Below are positions 17,581 to 27,854 of a stretch of 64,000 bases of DNA, in pieces. The notes beneath the pieces are model-generated. The model was not told the origin of the DNA. It searched no databases and saw nothing but the letters and a program-made list of their open reading frames with translations. The position numbers and the translations under genes are program-made. How positions within the stretch are numbered: the stretch's first letter is position 1; every line of letters starts with the position of its first letter. The DNA is from a virus (Duplodnaviria > Caudoviricetes). The stretch covers positions 3,647 to 67,646 of IMG/VR virus record IMGVR_UViG_3300021060_000007; one strand, 5' to 3'.

Positions 17581-17991
17581 ATGACCGCAGCCAACCCGGC
17601 TTTCGCCACAGCCTATGACAATCTGTCGGCCAGCCTCAACCGCGCGCACGCAGAAGGTGACAGCCTCATATCCGAGGCTATCGACGCCGTCGTCTCCGCA
17701 CATCAGCATGGCGGGAAGGATGCGTTCGACGAGCGCGTCGATTTCTTGCGAGGCGTAGCCCGAGGCGTCACCTCCGGTATGGTCTCCAGCATGGACGCGA
17801 TGCGCCAGGTTGCGGGCCACATCGGTTCGCTGCCCGTGAAGGTCGACGCCGTAGCCGAGCCCGTCGTGGGCACCGTCGCTGCACCGGCGCTCGCCGCCGA
17901 CAATCAGCCGGCCCAGGATTCGGGACTGCCCGTGTCGCAGGCGGCCCGCACGCGGGGCACGCGCACCAGCGACGCTGCGGCCGAGGGCTGA
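17581..17991 (+). CDS. Hypothetical protein upstream of terminase
   Basis: MTAANPAFATAY... after GAGG. Confidence 0.55.
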   Translation: MTAANPAFATAYDNLSASLNRAHAEGDSLISEAIDAVVSAHQHGGKDAFDERVDFLRGVARGVTSGMVSSMDAMRQVAGHIGSLPVKVDAVAEPVVGTVAAPALAADNQPAQDSGLPVSQAARTRGTRTSDAAAEG

Positions 17992-18003
17992 GGCATCCAC
18001 TGA

Positions 18004-18489
18004 ATGGGACGCCCATCGGACTACGGACCGGAGATCGCCGCAGAGATCCTATCGAGGCTCGCATCCGGCGAAACGCTGCGCGCCATCTGCACCGACGAAG
18101 CCATGCCTGGGCGCACGACCGTCCGGCGCTGGCTCCACGAAAATCCAGAGTTTCGGACCCACTACGCGCACGCGCGCGAGGACCAAGCAGACGCCTGGGC
18201 CGATGAAATAGTCGACATCGCGGACAATCGATCTCCCGAAGATACGGGCCGCGCACGACTCATGATCGACACGCGCAAGTGGCTCATGGGGAAGACTTCA
18301 CCCAAGAAGTACAGCGACAAAGCTTCGGTCGCGCTCACCGGCCCAGGTGGTGGTCCGGTTCAAGTCCTTGACGTGAGCACGCTCACCCATGAACAGCTTG
18401 TCGCCCTCGAACCCGTCCTTGCTGCACTTGCCGGATCCGGTGGGGCTGCTGGCGAAGGTGAGAGCGGAGATCCGGAAGCGGGAGGCTGA
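18004..18489 (+). CDS. terS: Terminase small subunit
   Basis: MGRPSDY..EI...LASGETLRAIC..MP..TV..WL, ARLMIDTRKWLM.K..PKKY. Confidence 0.9.
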   Translation: MGRPSDYGPEIAAEILSRLASGETLRAICTDEAMPGRTTVRRWLHENPEFRTHYAHAREDQADAWADEIVDIADNRSPEDTGRARLMIDTRKWLMGKTSPKKYSDKASVALTGPGGGPVQVLDVSTLTHEQLVALEPVLAALAGSGGAAGEGESGDPEAGG

Positions 18490-19957
18490 CGCCGAGCGGG
18501 ACCGGATCGCTCACGATGCCGAGCGCATTCGCGACCGCTGTAAGACCCTTGCCGGCTTCGTGCGCGAGGCATGGCACGTCCTCGAGCCCACTGCCGCCTA
18601 CCTGCACGGATGGCACATCGACGCCATCTGCTCGCACCTGGAAGCCATCACCGACGGCCGCATCACGCGGCTCCTGATCAACGTCCCGCCCGGCACGATG
18701 AAGTCGCTCATCGTCTCGGTGTTCTGGCCCGCCTGGGAGTGGGGGCCGCGCGGGCTGCCGGGCATGCGGTATCTGACGACCTCGTACAAGGAGGACTTCG
18801 TCAAGCGCGATTCCCGTCGCATGCGCGACCTCGTATCAAGCGAGTGGTTCCGGGCGCTCTGGCCCGAGATCACCCTGGCCCGATCTGGCGAGATCAGCTT
18901 CGCGAACACCCGTACCGGCAACCGCGAGGGCGTGGCCTTCGCAGGCCTCACTGCCGGCCGCGGCGATCGGGTCATCATCGACGATCCACACTCGACCGAG
19001 ACGGCCGAGAGTCCGACCGAGCGCGACAAGACCACCCGCATCTTCCGGGAATCGGTCCCGACCCGCCTGAACGACCCGTTGCGCTCGGCCATCGTGGTGG
19101 TGATGCAGCGGCTTCACGAGAACGACGTGTCCGGCCAGATCCTCAAGCTCGGGCTCGGCTACGTTCACCTGATGCTACCGATGGAGTTCGAGCCGGAGCG
19201 CCGGTGCCGGACCCCGATCGGCTTCGAGGACCCCCGCAGTTCCGACGGTGACTTGCTCTTCCCCGAGCGATTCCCTCGCGCGGTGGTGGAGCGTGACAAG
19301 GTGCCGATGGGCCCCTACGCGGTCGCGGGCCAGTTTCAGCAGCGCCCAGCGCCACGTGAGGGTGGGCTGTTCAAGCGCGATTGGTTCGGCATGGTCCGGG
19401 CAGCGCCCGCCGGTTGCACATGGGTGAGAGCCTGGGACCTTGCCGCTTCCGAGCAGCGGCCCGGCAGTGAGCCCGCCTACACCGCCGGCGTGAAGATGGG
19501 CCGCGCATCGGACGGGCGCTTCTACATCGCCCACGTGACCCGTGACCGCCGGTCCCCCGGTGGCGTCGAGCAGATGATCGTCAACACGGCGCAGCAGGAC
19601 CGGCAAGAGTGCCGGATCTCGTTGCCCCAGGATCCAGGCCAAGCCGGCAAGGCCCAGGCCCAGTACCTCGTCCGGCAGCTCGTCGGGTTCAAGGCGCGCG
19701 CAACGCCCGAGACCGGCGACAAGGTCACCCGGGCCGAACCGGTCTCAGCCCAGGCCGAGGCGGGGAACATCCTTCTGGTGCAGGGCGACTGGAACGACGC
19801 CTTCCTGGACGAGGTGACGAACTTCCCGAACGGCGCATTCAAGGACCAGGTCGACGCGATGTCCCGAGCCTTCGACGAACTCGCCAGCGCTCGGGCGCCC
19901 CTGGTCATCCCTGAGGCGGTCGTGAACCGCTCGGCCATGATGGGCAGACGGTTTTGA
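18389..19957 (+). CDS. terL: Terminase large subunit
   Basis: LLINVPPGTMKS Walker A, IIDDPH Walker B, VMQRLHENDVSG, QFQQRP, AWDLAAS, FPNGAFKDQVDAMS. Confidence 0.95.
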   Translation: MNSLSPSNPSLLHLPDPVGLLAKVRAEIRKREADAERDRIAHDAERIRDRCKTLAGFVREAWHVLEPTAAYLHGWHIDAICSHLEAITDGRITRLLINVPPGTMKSLIVSVFWPAWEWGPRGLPGMRYLTTSYKEDFVKRDSRRMRDLVSSEWFRALWPEITLARSGEISFANTRTGNREGVAFAGLTAGRGDRVIIDDPHSTETAESPTERDKTTRIFRESVPTRLNDPLRSAIVVVMQRLHENDVSGQILKLGLGYVHLMLPMEFEPERRCRTPIGFEDPRSSDGDLLFPERFPRAVVERDKVPMGPYAVAGQFQQRPAPREGGLFKRDWFGMVRAAPAGCTWVRAWDLAASEQRPGSEPAYTAGVKMGRASDGRFYIAHVTRDRRSPGGVEQMIVNTAQQDRQECRISLPQDPGQAGKAQAQYLVRQLVGFKARATPETGDKVTRAEPVSAQAEAGNILLVQGDWNDAFLDEVTNFPNGAFKDQVDAMSRAFDELASARAPLVIPEAVVNRSAMMGRRF

Positions 19958-21534
19958 GCATCCTGTCCTGGCTGCGTCGTCCGAAGGTCGCGCCTGCTCC
20001 CCCGGCGGCGCTGGCCACCTCGCCGACCGGTCCGCGCATCCCGCTGAACGTGCCGCCCGGGGCTGTAGCGCATTCGCGTATCGAGCACCGGCCGCCGCCC
20101 GTGAACCCGTTCCTGCCGGCCAGGCACCCGAAGGGTGTGGTGCCGGACGGCATGGCAATGGACGATGCGTTCAGCACGTCGGTCGGCTGGTCCCCGGCCG
20201 GATACGACGGAACGGGGTTGATGGGCGAAGGCCTGTACTTCTTCGGCTACCCCTATCTGTCCGAACTGGCACAGCGCCCAGAGTATCGCCGGATTTCGGA
20301 GACCATTGCCCAGGAGATGACCCGGAAGTGGATTCGAGTCACGGCGACGGGCGAGGACGATAAGTCGGACCGGATCGCGGGTATCACCGCGGCGCTCGAG
20401 CGTTTCGGCGTGCGCGACAAGTTCCGCGAGATCGCCGAGCAGGACGGATTCTTCGGACGAGCCCACCTCGCGGTGGATCTCGGGACCAGCGATGACCCGA
20501 TCGAGACACGCACCCCGATCGGCTCTGGCCGGGACAGCGCCAGTAAGGCGAAGGTCGGCAAGGGCAAGCTGCGGGGTTTCCGCACCGTCGAGGCGGTCTG
20601 GTGCTACCCGCAGGGCTACAACAGCGCGAACCCGCTTTCTGCGGACTGGTACAGTCCCACGATCTGGAACGTGATGGGCCGCGGCGTGCACGCGTCCCGC
20701 CTGCTCACCTTCGTCGGGCGTGAGGTCCCGGACCTGCTGAAGCCGGCCTACAGCTTCGGCGGCCTGTCGATGTCGCAGATGGCCAAGCCCTACGTCGACA
20801 ACTGGCTGCGCACCCGGGCGAGCGTCGCCGATCTGATCTCGTCGTTCTCCGTGAGCGGAATCAAGATCGACATGGCCGCCTACCTGCAGAATGACGCGAG
20901 CGGCGCGCAACTCGACAACCGGATCGCGCTGTTCACGAACTATCGCGACAACCGCAACACGATGGTGCTGAACAAGAAGGTCGGCACCGACGAGGCGGAG
21001 GAATTCTTCAACGTCTCGACCCCGCTCGGCACCCTGGACGCCCTCCAGGCGCAGACCCAGGAGCACATGGCAGCGGTCTCGGGCATCCCGCTGATCAAGC
21101 TGCTCGGCATCTCACCGGCCGGCCTGAACGCTTCGTCCGAGGGCGAGGTTCGGACGTTCTACGACATGATCCACTCCTATCAGGAGCGGTTCTACCGGCC
21201 CCACCTGACCACGGTCATCGACCTCATCCAGCTCTCCGAGTTCGGCGATATCGACGAGGACATCGGGTTCCGGTTCGAGCCGCTCTGGTCGATGGACGAG
21301 AAGGAGTCGGCGGAGGTTCGCGAGATCGAGGCGCGCACGGCGCAGACCTACATCGACAGCGGCGTGCTGCTGCCTGAGGAAGAGCGCAAGCGCGTCGCGT
21401 CGGCCGAGGACACGCCCTACCAGGGGCTCGACCTGACCTTGGACATGGCTCCGCCAGCTGGCGAGACCGAGGCTCTGGCTGAGCCGCCGCTGCCTGGAAC
21501 CCAAGAGCCGAAGTTCGCCGAGGCTGCGGAGTGA
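19954..21534 (+). CDS. Portal protein (DUF1073 type)
   Basis: Position after terL; H.SRLL.F, SGIP..KLLG.SP.GLNASSEG...FYD. Confidence 0.9.
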   Translation: MSILSWLRRPKVAPAPPAALATSPTGPRIPLNVPPGAVAHSRIEHRPPPVNPFLPARHPKGVVPDGMAMDDAFSTSVGWSPAGYDGTGLMGEGLYFFGYPYLSELAQRPEYRRISETIAQEMTRKWIRVTATGEDDKSDRIAGITAALERFGVRDKFREIAEQDGFFGRAHLAVDLGTSDDPIETRTPIGSGRDSASKAKVGKGKLRGFRTVEAVWCYPQGYNSANPLSADWYSPTIWNVMGRGVHASRLLTFVGREVPDLLKPAYSFGGLSMSQMAKPYVDNWLRTRASVADLISSFSVSGIKIDMAAYLQNDASGAQLDNRIALFTNYRDNRNTMVLNKKVGTDEAEEFFNVSTPLGTLDALQAQTQEHMAAVSGIPLIKLLGISPAGLNASSEGEVRTFYDMIHSYQERFYRPHLTTVIDLIQLSEFGDIDEDIGFRFEPLWSMDEKESAEVREIEARTAQTYIDSGVLLPEEERKRVASAEDTPYQGLDLTLDMAPPAGETEALAEPPLPGTQEPKFAEAAE

Positions 21535-22325
21535 CCTATTCGGCCCGACTCGACCAAGCATTCGATGAGGCCGCCGGCTTTCGGAACTGGCGCCGGCAGC
21601 CGTCGCCACGGTCCGCCTTCCGTCGGGCCAAGCGCCTTGAGGAACAGTACGGGCGCCGGCTTCGGTCGATCGCCCGGCATATCGGCGATCTGGTTCGCGG
21701 CTTCGACCTGACCGACGTGTTCGGGGTAGCCGGGCCGTTGCAGGCCGCCCTCAGGCGCTACGCCGAAATTCTGGACCCGTGGGCACGCTCCGTTGCCGAC
21801 CGTATGGTCAAGGAGGTCGCTGCGCACGACGAAACGTCCTGGCGCAAGATGAGCGCCGACATTGGGCGGAACCTGCGGCGGGAGATCGAGACGGCGCCGA
21901 CCGGCCTCGTCATGCGCGAGTCCCTGGAACGCCAAGTCGGCCTGATCAAATCGCTTCCGCTGGAGGCGGCCCAGCGTGTCCAGAAGCTCACGACCGAGGG
22001 CATTACGCAGGGGCGCCGGGCCGCAGACATCGCGGCCGAGCTCATGGAGACGGAGAAGGTCTCCAAGAGCCGCGCCACGCTGATCGCGCGGACGGAGGTC
22101 AGCCGAACGGCCACTGAACTCACGAAGGCCCGCGCGCTGCACGTGGGCTCGACGGAGTTCATCTGGCGCACGGCCGGCGACAGCGACGTCCGCGACACGC
22201 ACCGGGCCCTGAACGGCAAGGCCTTCCGCTGGGATGACCCGCCCGAGTGCGACCCAGGCCACCGCGCCCTACCGGGCGGCATCTGGAACTGTCGGTGCTA
22301 CGCAGAGGTCGTGGTGCCGGACTGA
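21531..22325 (+). CDS. Minor head morphogenesis protein (Mu gpF/SPP1 gp7-like)
   Basis: RATLIARTEV, W.TAGD..VR..H..LNGK.F.WD, PG..WNCRC. Confidence 0.9.
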   Translation: MTYSARLDQAFDEAAGFRNWRRQPSPRSAFRRAKRLEEQYGRRLRSIARHIGDLVRGFDLTDVFGVAGPLQAALRRYAEILDPWARSVADRMVKEVAAHDETSWRKMSADIGRNLRREIETAPTGLVMRESLERQVGLIKSLPLEAAQRVQKLTTEGITQGRRAADIAAELMETEKVSKSRATLIARTEVSRTATELTKARALHVGSTEFIWRTAGDSDVRDTHRALNGKAFRWDDPPECDPGHRALPGGIWNCRCYAEVVVPD

Positions 22326-22331
22326 GGCGCC

Positions 22332-23741
22332 ATGACCCAGACCAACGCCATCTCGACCATCGCCTTCGACCGCGCTTCGGCGCGGGCCCTCGACGGTGAC
22401 GGCCATCTCCACGTCAAGCAGACTCACATCAGCAAGGCGATGGTGTGCCCCTACCTCGGGCGCGAGATCCCTGACGCTGACAGGCTCGGGCTCGACGAGG
22501 ACAAGATCTACTACTTGTTCCGCGACCCGCAGGAGCTCGCCAAGGCCGCCGGCACCTTCAACGGCAAACCGCTGCTCTACGATCACAAGCCGGTCCACGC
22601 CGACGCGCACGACCACGATCTTACGGTCGGCGCCCTCTCCAACGCGACGTGGAATCCGCCCTACCTCGACGCCGATCTCTCGTGCTGGTCCGGCTCCGCC
22701 ATCCGTACGATTGAGGACGGCTCACAGAAGCAACTGTCGAGCGCCTACCGCTACCGCGCCGACATGACGCCCGGCACCCACGAGGGTGTCCGGTTCGACG
22801 GGGTCATGCGTGACATCGTCGGCAACCACGTCGCGCTCGTCCGTGAGGGACGCGCCGGACCCGATGTCGTCGTCGGCGACAGTTTGGAGAACATCACCAT
22901 GGCCAAGACCGCTCTGACGCGGGCCGGTGCGACCACGCAGGGCGCGCTCGCCATCTACCTCCGCCCGAAGCTCGCGGCGGATGCCAAGATCGACCTGTCC
23001 GGCATCGTGTCCGGCCTCACGTCGAAGAACTTCAAGGCCCGCCAGGGCAAGCTCACCCACGACATCAAGAAGGCCACCACCGGCAAGCTCGCGCAGGACG
23101 CCAGCTTGGAGGACGTTGGCGAGGTGATTGAGGCGCTGGCCGATATCCTCCCCGAGGAGGTCCCCGAGATCGTCGAGGAGATGGGCGGCACCGAGGACGA
23201 TGGCGCGACGGACGAGGGCAGCGACGACGATCTGCGCGCCAAGCTCGAGGCCGCAGGTGTCCCGGCCGACGTGATCGCAAAAGTGCTTGCCGCCACCGGT
23301 GAAGCCGGCGACCCGCCGCCCGCCATGGACGCCGACAAGGACGAGAAGAAGGACAAGCCCCCCGCCATGGACACCAGCAAGTTCGTCACCAAGCAGGCGA
23401 TGGACTCCGCCGTCCGCGTCGCTTCGGACGCCGCGGCCAAGCGCGCCACCGAGGCCGCCATCCGCACCCAGCAGGAAATCCGCGAGGCCGAGCGCGCCGT
23501 TCGCCCCTTCGTAGGGGACCTCGCCATGGCGCACGACAGCGCCGATGCGGTCTACCGCACGGCTCTGACGAGCCTGAACATCAACGTGGAAGGCGTTCAC
23601 CCGTCCGCGTTCCCGACCATCCTCTCGATGCAGCCCAAGCCGGGTGACGCCCCGCGCCGCCAGGCGACCCCGATCGCGCAGGATGCCAAGCAGGCCGAGG
23701 ACTATTCGGCCCGCTTCCCCCACGCCAACCGGCTGAAGTGA
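22332..23741 (+). CDS. Prohead protease/scaffold (DUF2213)
   Basis: QLSSAYR, GNHVALVREGRAGPDVVVGD. Confidence 0.9.
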   Translation: MTQTNAISTIAFDRASARALDGDGHLHVKQTHISKAMVCPYLGREIPDADRLGLDEDKIYYLFRDPQELAKAAGTFNGKPLLYDHKPVHADAHDHDLTVGALSNATWNPPYLDADLSCWSGSAIRTIEDGSQKQLSSAYRYRADMTPGTHEGVRFDGVMRDIVGNHVALVREGRAGPDVVVGDSLENITMAKTALTRAGATTQGALAIYLRPKLAADAKIDLSGIVSGLTSKNFKARQGKLTHDIKKATTGKLAQDASLEDVGEVIEALADILPEEVPEIVEEMGGTEDDGATDEGSDDDLRAKLEAAGVPADVIAKVLAATGEAGDPPPAMDADKDEKKDKPPAMDTSKFVTKQAMDSAVRVASDAAAKRATEAAIRTQQEIREAERAVRPFVGDLAMAHDSADAVYRTALTSLNINVEGVHPSAFPTILSMQPKPGDAPRRQATPIAQDAKQAEDYSARFPHANRLK

Positions 23742-23754
23742 GAGGGCTGACCCC

Positions 23755-24252
23755 ATGCCGTTCCAGACTCAGGTCTACACCACCCAGGCACCCGCCGTTG
23801 CCGGCGACTTCGCCTCGGCCAACCCGCGCCACTCGACGCTGTCCGTCCCGGGCGGCTTCATCGCGGGCGCGGCCGGCCTCACCGTCGGGCTCTTCGCCTG
23901 GGCCGACACCGCGACCGGAACCGTGCTGCTGAACACCGGCACCGGCGCCCCGACGTGCTTCGTTCACCGCGAACTGAACGCGGACATCACCACCTACCTG
24001 TCCGAATCCGGCATGACCATTCCGGGCGGCAAGTACGTGGGCGAGATGTTCTCGTCCGGCGACTTCTTCGCGAAGAACGCTGGCGCCGGCGCCGTCACCA
24101 AGGGCCTGAAAGCCTTCGCCAACAACACCAACGGCACCGTCTCGTTCGCCGCTGCCGGCGGCACCGTCGCCGGCGCCACCGAGACCAAGTGGTACGCCCA
24201 CACGGCTGCCGCCGCTGGCGAACTCGTCAAGATCTCCAGCACCATTCCGTAA
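23755..24252 (+). CDS. Capsid decoration/cement protein
   Basis: MPFQTQV...APAVAGDFASANP; between protease and major capsid. Confidence 0.8.
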   Translation: MPFQTQVYTTQAPAVAGDFASANPRHSTLSVPGGFIAGAAGLTVGLFAWADTATGTVLLNTGTGAPTCFVHRELNADITTYLSESGMTIPGGKYVGEMFSSGDFFAKNAGAGAVTKGLKAFANNTNGTVSFAAAGGTVAGATETKWYAHTAAAAGELVKISSTIP

Positions 24253-24274
24253 GTCCGGGCATCAGGAGCGACCA

Positions 24275-25315
24275 ATGACCTTACAGGCCGATCGTGCCCG
24301 GCTCGAAACCGAGTGGGGCATCCATACACTCGCGCAGGACTACCTGCCGCGCGAATTCCGCAACAACTTCAATCTCGCCATGGACGCCCAGCCGACGCTG
24401 GCGACCACGCCGAGCGCGGGCATCCCCGCCTTCCTCACGCAGTACGTCGACTCCGACGTGGTGCGTATCCTCCAGGCTCCGAACGAGGGCGCCAATATCC
24501 TCGGGGAGCGCAAGAACGGCGACTGGACCACCCAGACCGCCTTCTTCCCCGTGGTCGAGAACACCGGCGAGGTGTCGAGCTACGGCGACTGGAACACCAA
24601 CGGCGTGTCCAACGTGAACGCCACTTGGCCGCAGCGCCAGTCCTACCTGTTCCAGACCATTGTCGAGTACGGCGACCTGCAGATCGAGCGCGCTGGCCTC
24701 GCCAAGCTGAACTGGGTCTCGGAGATCCAGACCTCGGCCGCGGCGACCCTAGATAAATTCTCGGACTACACCTACCACTTCGGCGTCGCCGGTCTGCAGA
24801 ACTACGGCCTGCTGAACGACCCCGCGCTGTCTGCCGCGCTCACCCCGAGCACCAAGGCCGCAGGCGGTGCCAAGTGGGTCAACAACGGCGCCGTCGTCGC
24901 GACCGCGAACGAGGTCTACGGTGATATCCAGGCCCTATTCTCGCAGCTCGTGGCGCAGACCGCGGGGCGCGTGAAGACCACCGACGCGATGACGCTGGCC
25001 CTGCCGCCCGGCGCGCAGGTCGGCCTCACCGCCACCAACTCGTTCGGCATCTCGGTCGGGGACCTTCTGCAGAAGAACTTCCCGAACCTCGAGATCAAGG
25101 TGTCGTTCCGCTACGCCACCACCGCCGGCAACGTGGTGCAGCTGATCGCAAACAGCTTCGACGGTCAGGACACCGGCTACTGCGCGTTCAACGAAAAGCT
25201 GCGCGACCACGGCATCGTCCGCGGCCTCTCGGCCTTCGCCCAGAAGAAGACCGCAGGCACGTGGGGGGCGATCATCCGCTACCCGCTCGCCATCGCACAG
25301 ATGTTGGGGGTCTGA
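24275..25315 (+). CDS. Major capsid protein (DUF2184, HK97 fold)
   Basis: GEVSSYGDW, RQSY.FQT, NYGLLNDP, GAIIRYPLAI. Confidence 0.9.
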   Translation: MTLQADRARLETEWGIHTLAQDYLPREFRNNFNLAMDAQPTLATTPSAGIPAFLTQYVDSDVVRILQAPNEGANILGERKNGDWTTQTAFFPVVENTGEVSSYGDWNTNGVSNVNATWPQRQSYLFQTIVEYGDLQIERAGLAKLNWVSEIQTSAAATLDKFSDYTYHFGVAGLQNYGLLNDPALSAALTPSTKAAGGAKWVNNGAVVATANEVYGDIQALFSQLVAQTAGRVKTTDAMTLALPPGAQVGLTATNSFGISVGDLLQKNFPNLEIKVSFRYATTAGNVVQLIANSFDGQDTGYCAFNEKLRDHGIVRGLSAFAQKKTAGTWGAIIRYPLAIAQMLGV

Positions 25316-25316
25316 C

Positions 25317-25748
25317 ATGACCTCCACCGTCACCGTCGCCTGCAAGCTGCCCCACGGCCTCGTCCTCCAGCTCCAGACCATGGTCGAGCGGGAAGAGCCC
25401 GTGATGGGCGGCGGCATCCGCAAGGTCAAACAGGCCGTGCGCACCGGCGAGAAGATCCTGATCGCTGGCTTCGCCCGCCCCGTGAACCCGGAAGGCGAGC
25501 ACGAGTTCGCCCCGCTCGTCGGCGGCTTCGGGCTGACTCACGACGTCCCGGCCGACTTCTTCGACCAGTGGCTCGCGCAGAACGCCGAGCTCGACGCCGT
25601 GAAGCGCGGATTCATCTTCGCGGCCGAGCGCAGCGCCGAGGTCAAGGCGCAAGCCCGGGACCACCGGGACCACCTCAGTGGGCTTGAGCCGATCAGCCCG
25701 AGCCGACTGCCCAACGAGTTCCAGAAGATCAAGCCGGCGGAGAAGTGA
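25317..25748 (+). CDS. Head-associated protein, paralog A
   Basis: TVTVACKLPHGL.L...VPADFFDQWL; follows capsid gene. Confidence 0.75.
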   Translation: MTSTVTVACKLPHGLVLQLQTMVEREEPVMGGGIRKVKQAVRTGEKILIAGFARPVNPEGEHEFAPLVGGFGLTHDVPADFFDQWLAQNAELDAVKRGFIFAAERSAEVKAQARDHRDHLSGLEPISPSRLPNEFQKIKPAEK

Positions 25749-25751
25749 GCC

Positions 25752-26252
25752 ATGGCCAAGATGATCAAGGTCGCAAGCCGCCTGCCGATGGCGGTCGCCC
25801 TGCGTGAGCCGAACCCGAACCCGGACAAGCCCGGCGAAACGCCGACCCTGCGCTCGGTGACGCTGGCCAGCGCGCCCCACCCCGGCGGCGAGACCATCTC
25901 TACCGTGGACGCGGAACTCTTCGCTGCCTGGAAGGACGGCAATCCGAACCACGACTGGCTGTCCGGGGATCTCGTGCGCGAGGTGCCCGACGACCACGAG
26001 GCCGATGGCCCGTCCTTCGGTCACGAGCCCGGCGTCGAGGCCTGGTCGCAGAACGCAGACAACGTGAAGCTGGCCGAGCAGGGCACCGAAGGCGAGGCCG
26101 GCCTGCCGGTGACCGCCGAGGACATGGCGGCTACCAGCGACACGCCGAATGACGACTCGCCGCGTTCCGATGTCGGTGGGCCGGGCGGCCGCAGGGCCCG
26201 GGTCGTGAAGACCAGCGATATTCCCGGCCCGGTGCCCGGCGAAAACGCCTGA
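25752..26252 (+). CDS. Head-associated protein, paralog B
   Basis: IKVASRLPMAV.L...VDAELFAAWK resembles the preceding gene. Confidence 0.7.
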   Translation: MAKMIKVASRLPMAVALREPNPNPDKPGETPTLRSVTLASAPHPGGETISTVDAELFAAWKDGNPNHDWLSGDLVREVPDDHEADGPSFGHEPGVEAWSQNADNVKLAEQGTEGEAGLPVTAEDMAATSDTPNDDSPRSDVGGPGGRRARVVKTSDIPGPVPGENA

Positions 26253-26263
26253 AGGAGGAGCCC

Positions 26264-26689
26264 GTGACGATTTCGCGAGCCGATCTCGTTGCGGCCTTCC
26301 CCGAGTTCGACACCGAGACCGTCTACCCCACGACCCAGATTGATTTCTGGATCGGGCAGGCGGTGAAGCAGATCAGCGAGGCGCGCTTCGGCGCTTCCTA
26401 CACGCTGGCAATGTTGCTGTTCGTCGCCCACAACATCGCCCTGTCCGCGCAGGCCGCGCGGGCGGGCAAGGCGGGCGGTGCCATCGGGACGCCGGGCCTG
26501 GTCGCGTCGAAGTCGATCGACAAGGTCTCGGTGAGCTACGACCTCACCACCACTGCGGCGGCGGGTGCGGGCCCCTGGAACGCGACGGTCTACGGGCAGC
26601 GCTACTACGCCCTGCTGCGATCCTTCGCAGTTGGGCCGGCCTACAAGGTGTCACCACGCGTCTTCGCGCCTCTCACTCGGCCGCGCTGA
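26264..26689 (+). CDS. Head-tail adaptor (DUF4054)
   Basis: AFPEFD..YP, AHNIAL, SKSIDKVSVSY, WNATVYGQRY. Confidence 0.85.
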   Translation: MTISRADLVAAFPEFDTETVYPTTQIDFWIGQAVKQISEARFGASYTLAMLLFVAHNIALSAQAARAGKAGGAIGTPGLVASKSIDKVSVSYDLTTTAAAGAGPWNATVYGQRYYALLRSFAVGPAYKVSPRVFAPLTRPR

Positions 26690-26691
26690 TC

Positions 26692-27189
26692 ATGACAGTC
26701 GTCGCGAAGGGGCCCGGCCTCGCAGCGCTGACCGGCAACGTCCGCAAGCTCCTGAAGAACGACGTGCTCATCGGAATCCCGGCAGAGAACGCCGACCGCA
26801 AGCCCGAAGAGGGCGAGACGGCGCCCACGAACAACGCCGCCATCGGCTATCTGATGGAGACCGGCGAGCCCGAGCGGAATCTGCCGGCCCGGCCCTTCCT
26901 GGAACCGGGCATTCGGGTCGCAGAGGGCAAGGTGGTGGAGCGGCTGAAGGTGGCGGCCCAGGCCGCCCTCATCGGCGACGACGGCACCATCGACCAGCAA
27001 TTCCACGCCGTCGGGCTGATCGGGCAGGCGTCGGTCCGCGCGGCAATCACGGACGGGCCGCACGCGCCGCTGTCCGAGCGCACCCTGAGGCAGCGCAAGG
27101 CGCGCGGGCGGGCGGGGACGAAGCCGCTCATTGATACGGGCCAGCTCCGGAATTCGATCAACTACGTCGTGCGGCCGAAGGGGAGGTGA
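26692..27189 (+). CDS. Neck protein
   Basis: VLIGIP, LPARPFL, KPLIDTGQLRNSINYVV. Confidence 0.85.
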   Translation: MTVVAKGPGLAALTGNVRKLLKNDVLIGIPAENADRKPEEGETAPTNNAAIGYLMETGEPERNLPARPFLEPGIRVAEGKVVERLKVAAQAALIGDDGTIDQQFHAVGLIGQASVRAAITDGPHAPLSERTLRQRKARGRAGTKPLIDTGQLRNSINYVVRPKGR

Positions 27190-27190
27190 C

Positions 27191-27472
27191 ATGGCGAGCG
27201 TACCCATTCTCATGAGCCCGCAGAACCCGGATGGCTGGAAGCTCGAGGAGCTGCTGCACGCCGTCCGCCACGAGGTCCACGACAAGGCGGATAAGATTGC
27301 GGGCGACCCTCGCTCCGTGGCGCGGCACGTCCTGCGCAACAACCAGCAGATCATGGGCCTGCTCCAGCAGGCCGAAGCCCTGCAGCGCGACAGCTACGAC
27401 GTCCTGAACGCCATGGCCCCGGACCAGGGTCCGCTCGGTACGCCCCGCATCGGGGTCGGCAGCAAGACCTGA
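27191..27472 (+). CDS. Small hypothetical protein inserted in the neck cluster
   Basis: GGAGG RBS; 93 aa. Confidence 0.7.
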   Translation: MASVPILMSPQNPDGWKLEELLHAVRHEVHDKADKIAGDPRSVARHVLRNNQQIMGLLQQAEALQRDSYDVLNAMAPDQGPLGTPRIGVGSKT

Positions 27473-27473
27473 C

Positions 27474-27854
27474 GTGCCCCTCCTCGACGTCTCCGATATC
27501 CTCGCCGACCCTGACTTCGCCGACACCTTCGACGTCATCCGCTACGGCGACGGCGTGGATGCAGACGGCGTCGCCACCGAAGCCCCGGCGCCCATCACCG
27601 GCCTCACCGGCGTCATCCAGCCGGCGAGCGAACTGAGCCTACAACGGCTGGCCGACGGCGCCCGCCTCGCCAGCACCATCGAGATCCACACCACGTTTCC
27701 GCTCTCGTCCGGCATCGACGGCCAGGGCGCCGACGAGGTGATCTATCAGAACGCCACCTACACCGTGACCGACGTCGCGGACTGGACGCGCTACGGCGCG
27801 GGCTTCGTGCGCGCCATCGCGCAGATGAAAGACCTCATCCCCAGCGAGTTGTGA
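27474..27854 (+). CDS. Head-closure/head-tail joining protein
   Basis: LDVSDILADPDFADTF, DW..YG.GF..A. Confidence 0.8.
   Translation: MPLLDVSDILADPDFADTFDVIRYGDGVDADGVATEAPAPITGLTGVIQPASELSLQRLADGARLASTIEIHTTFPLSSGIDGQGADEVIYQNATYTVTDVADWTRYGAGFVRAIAQMKDLIPSEL

Noticed and set aside
10647-24201. Many long opposite-strand ORFs (e.g. 10647-12389, 19522-21066, 22722-23756)
   Set aside because: Shadow frames of GC-rich coding genes; Arg/Gly/Pro-biased, with no motifs or RBS
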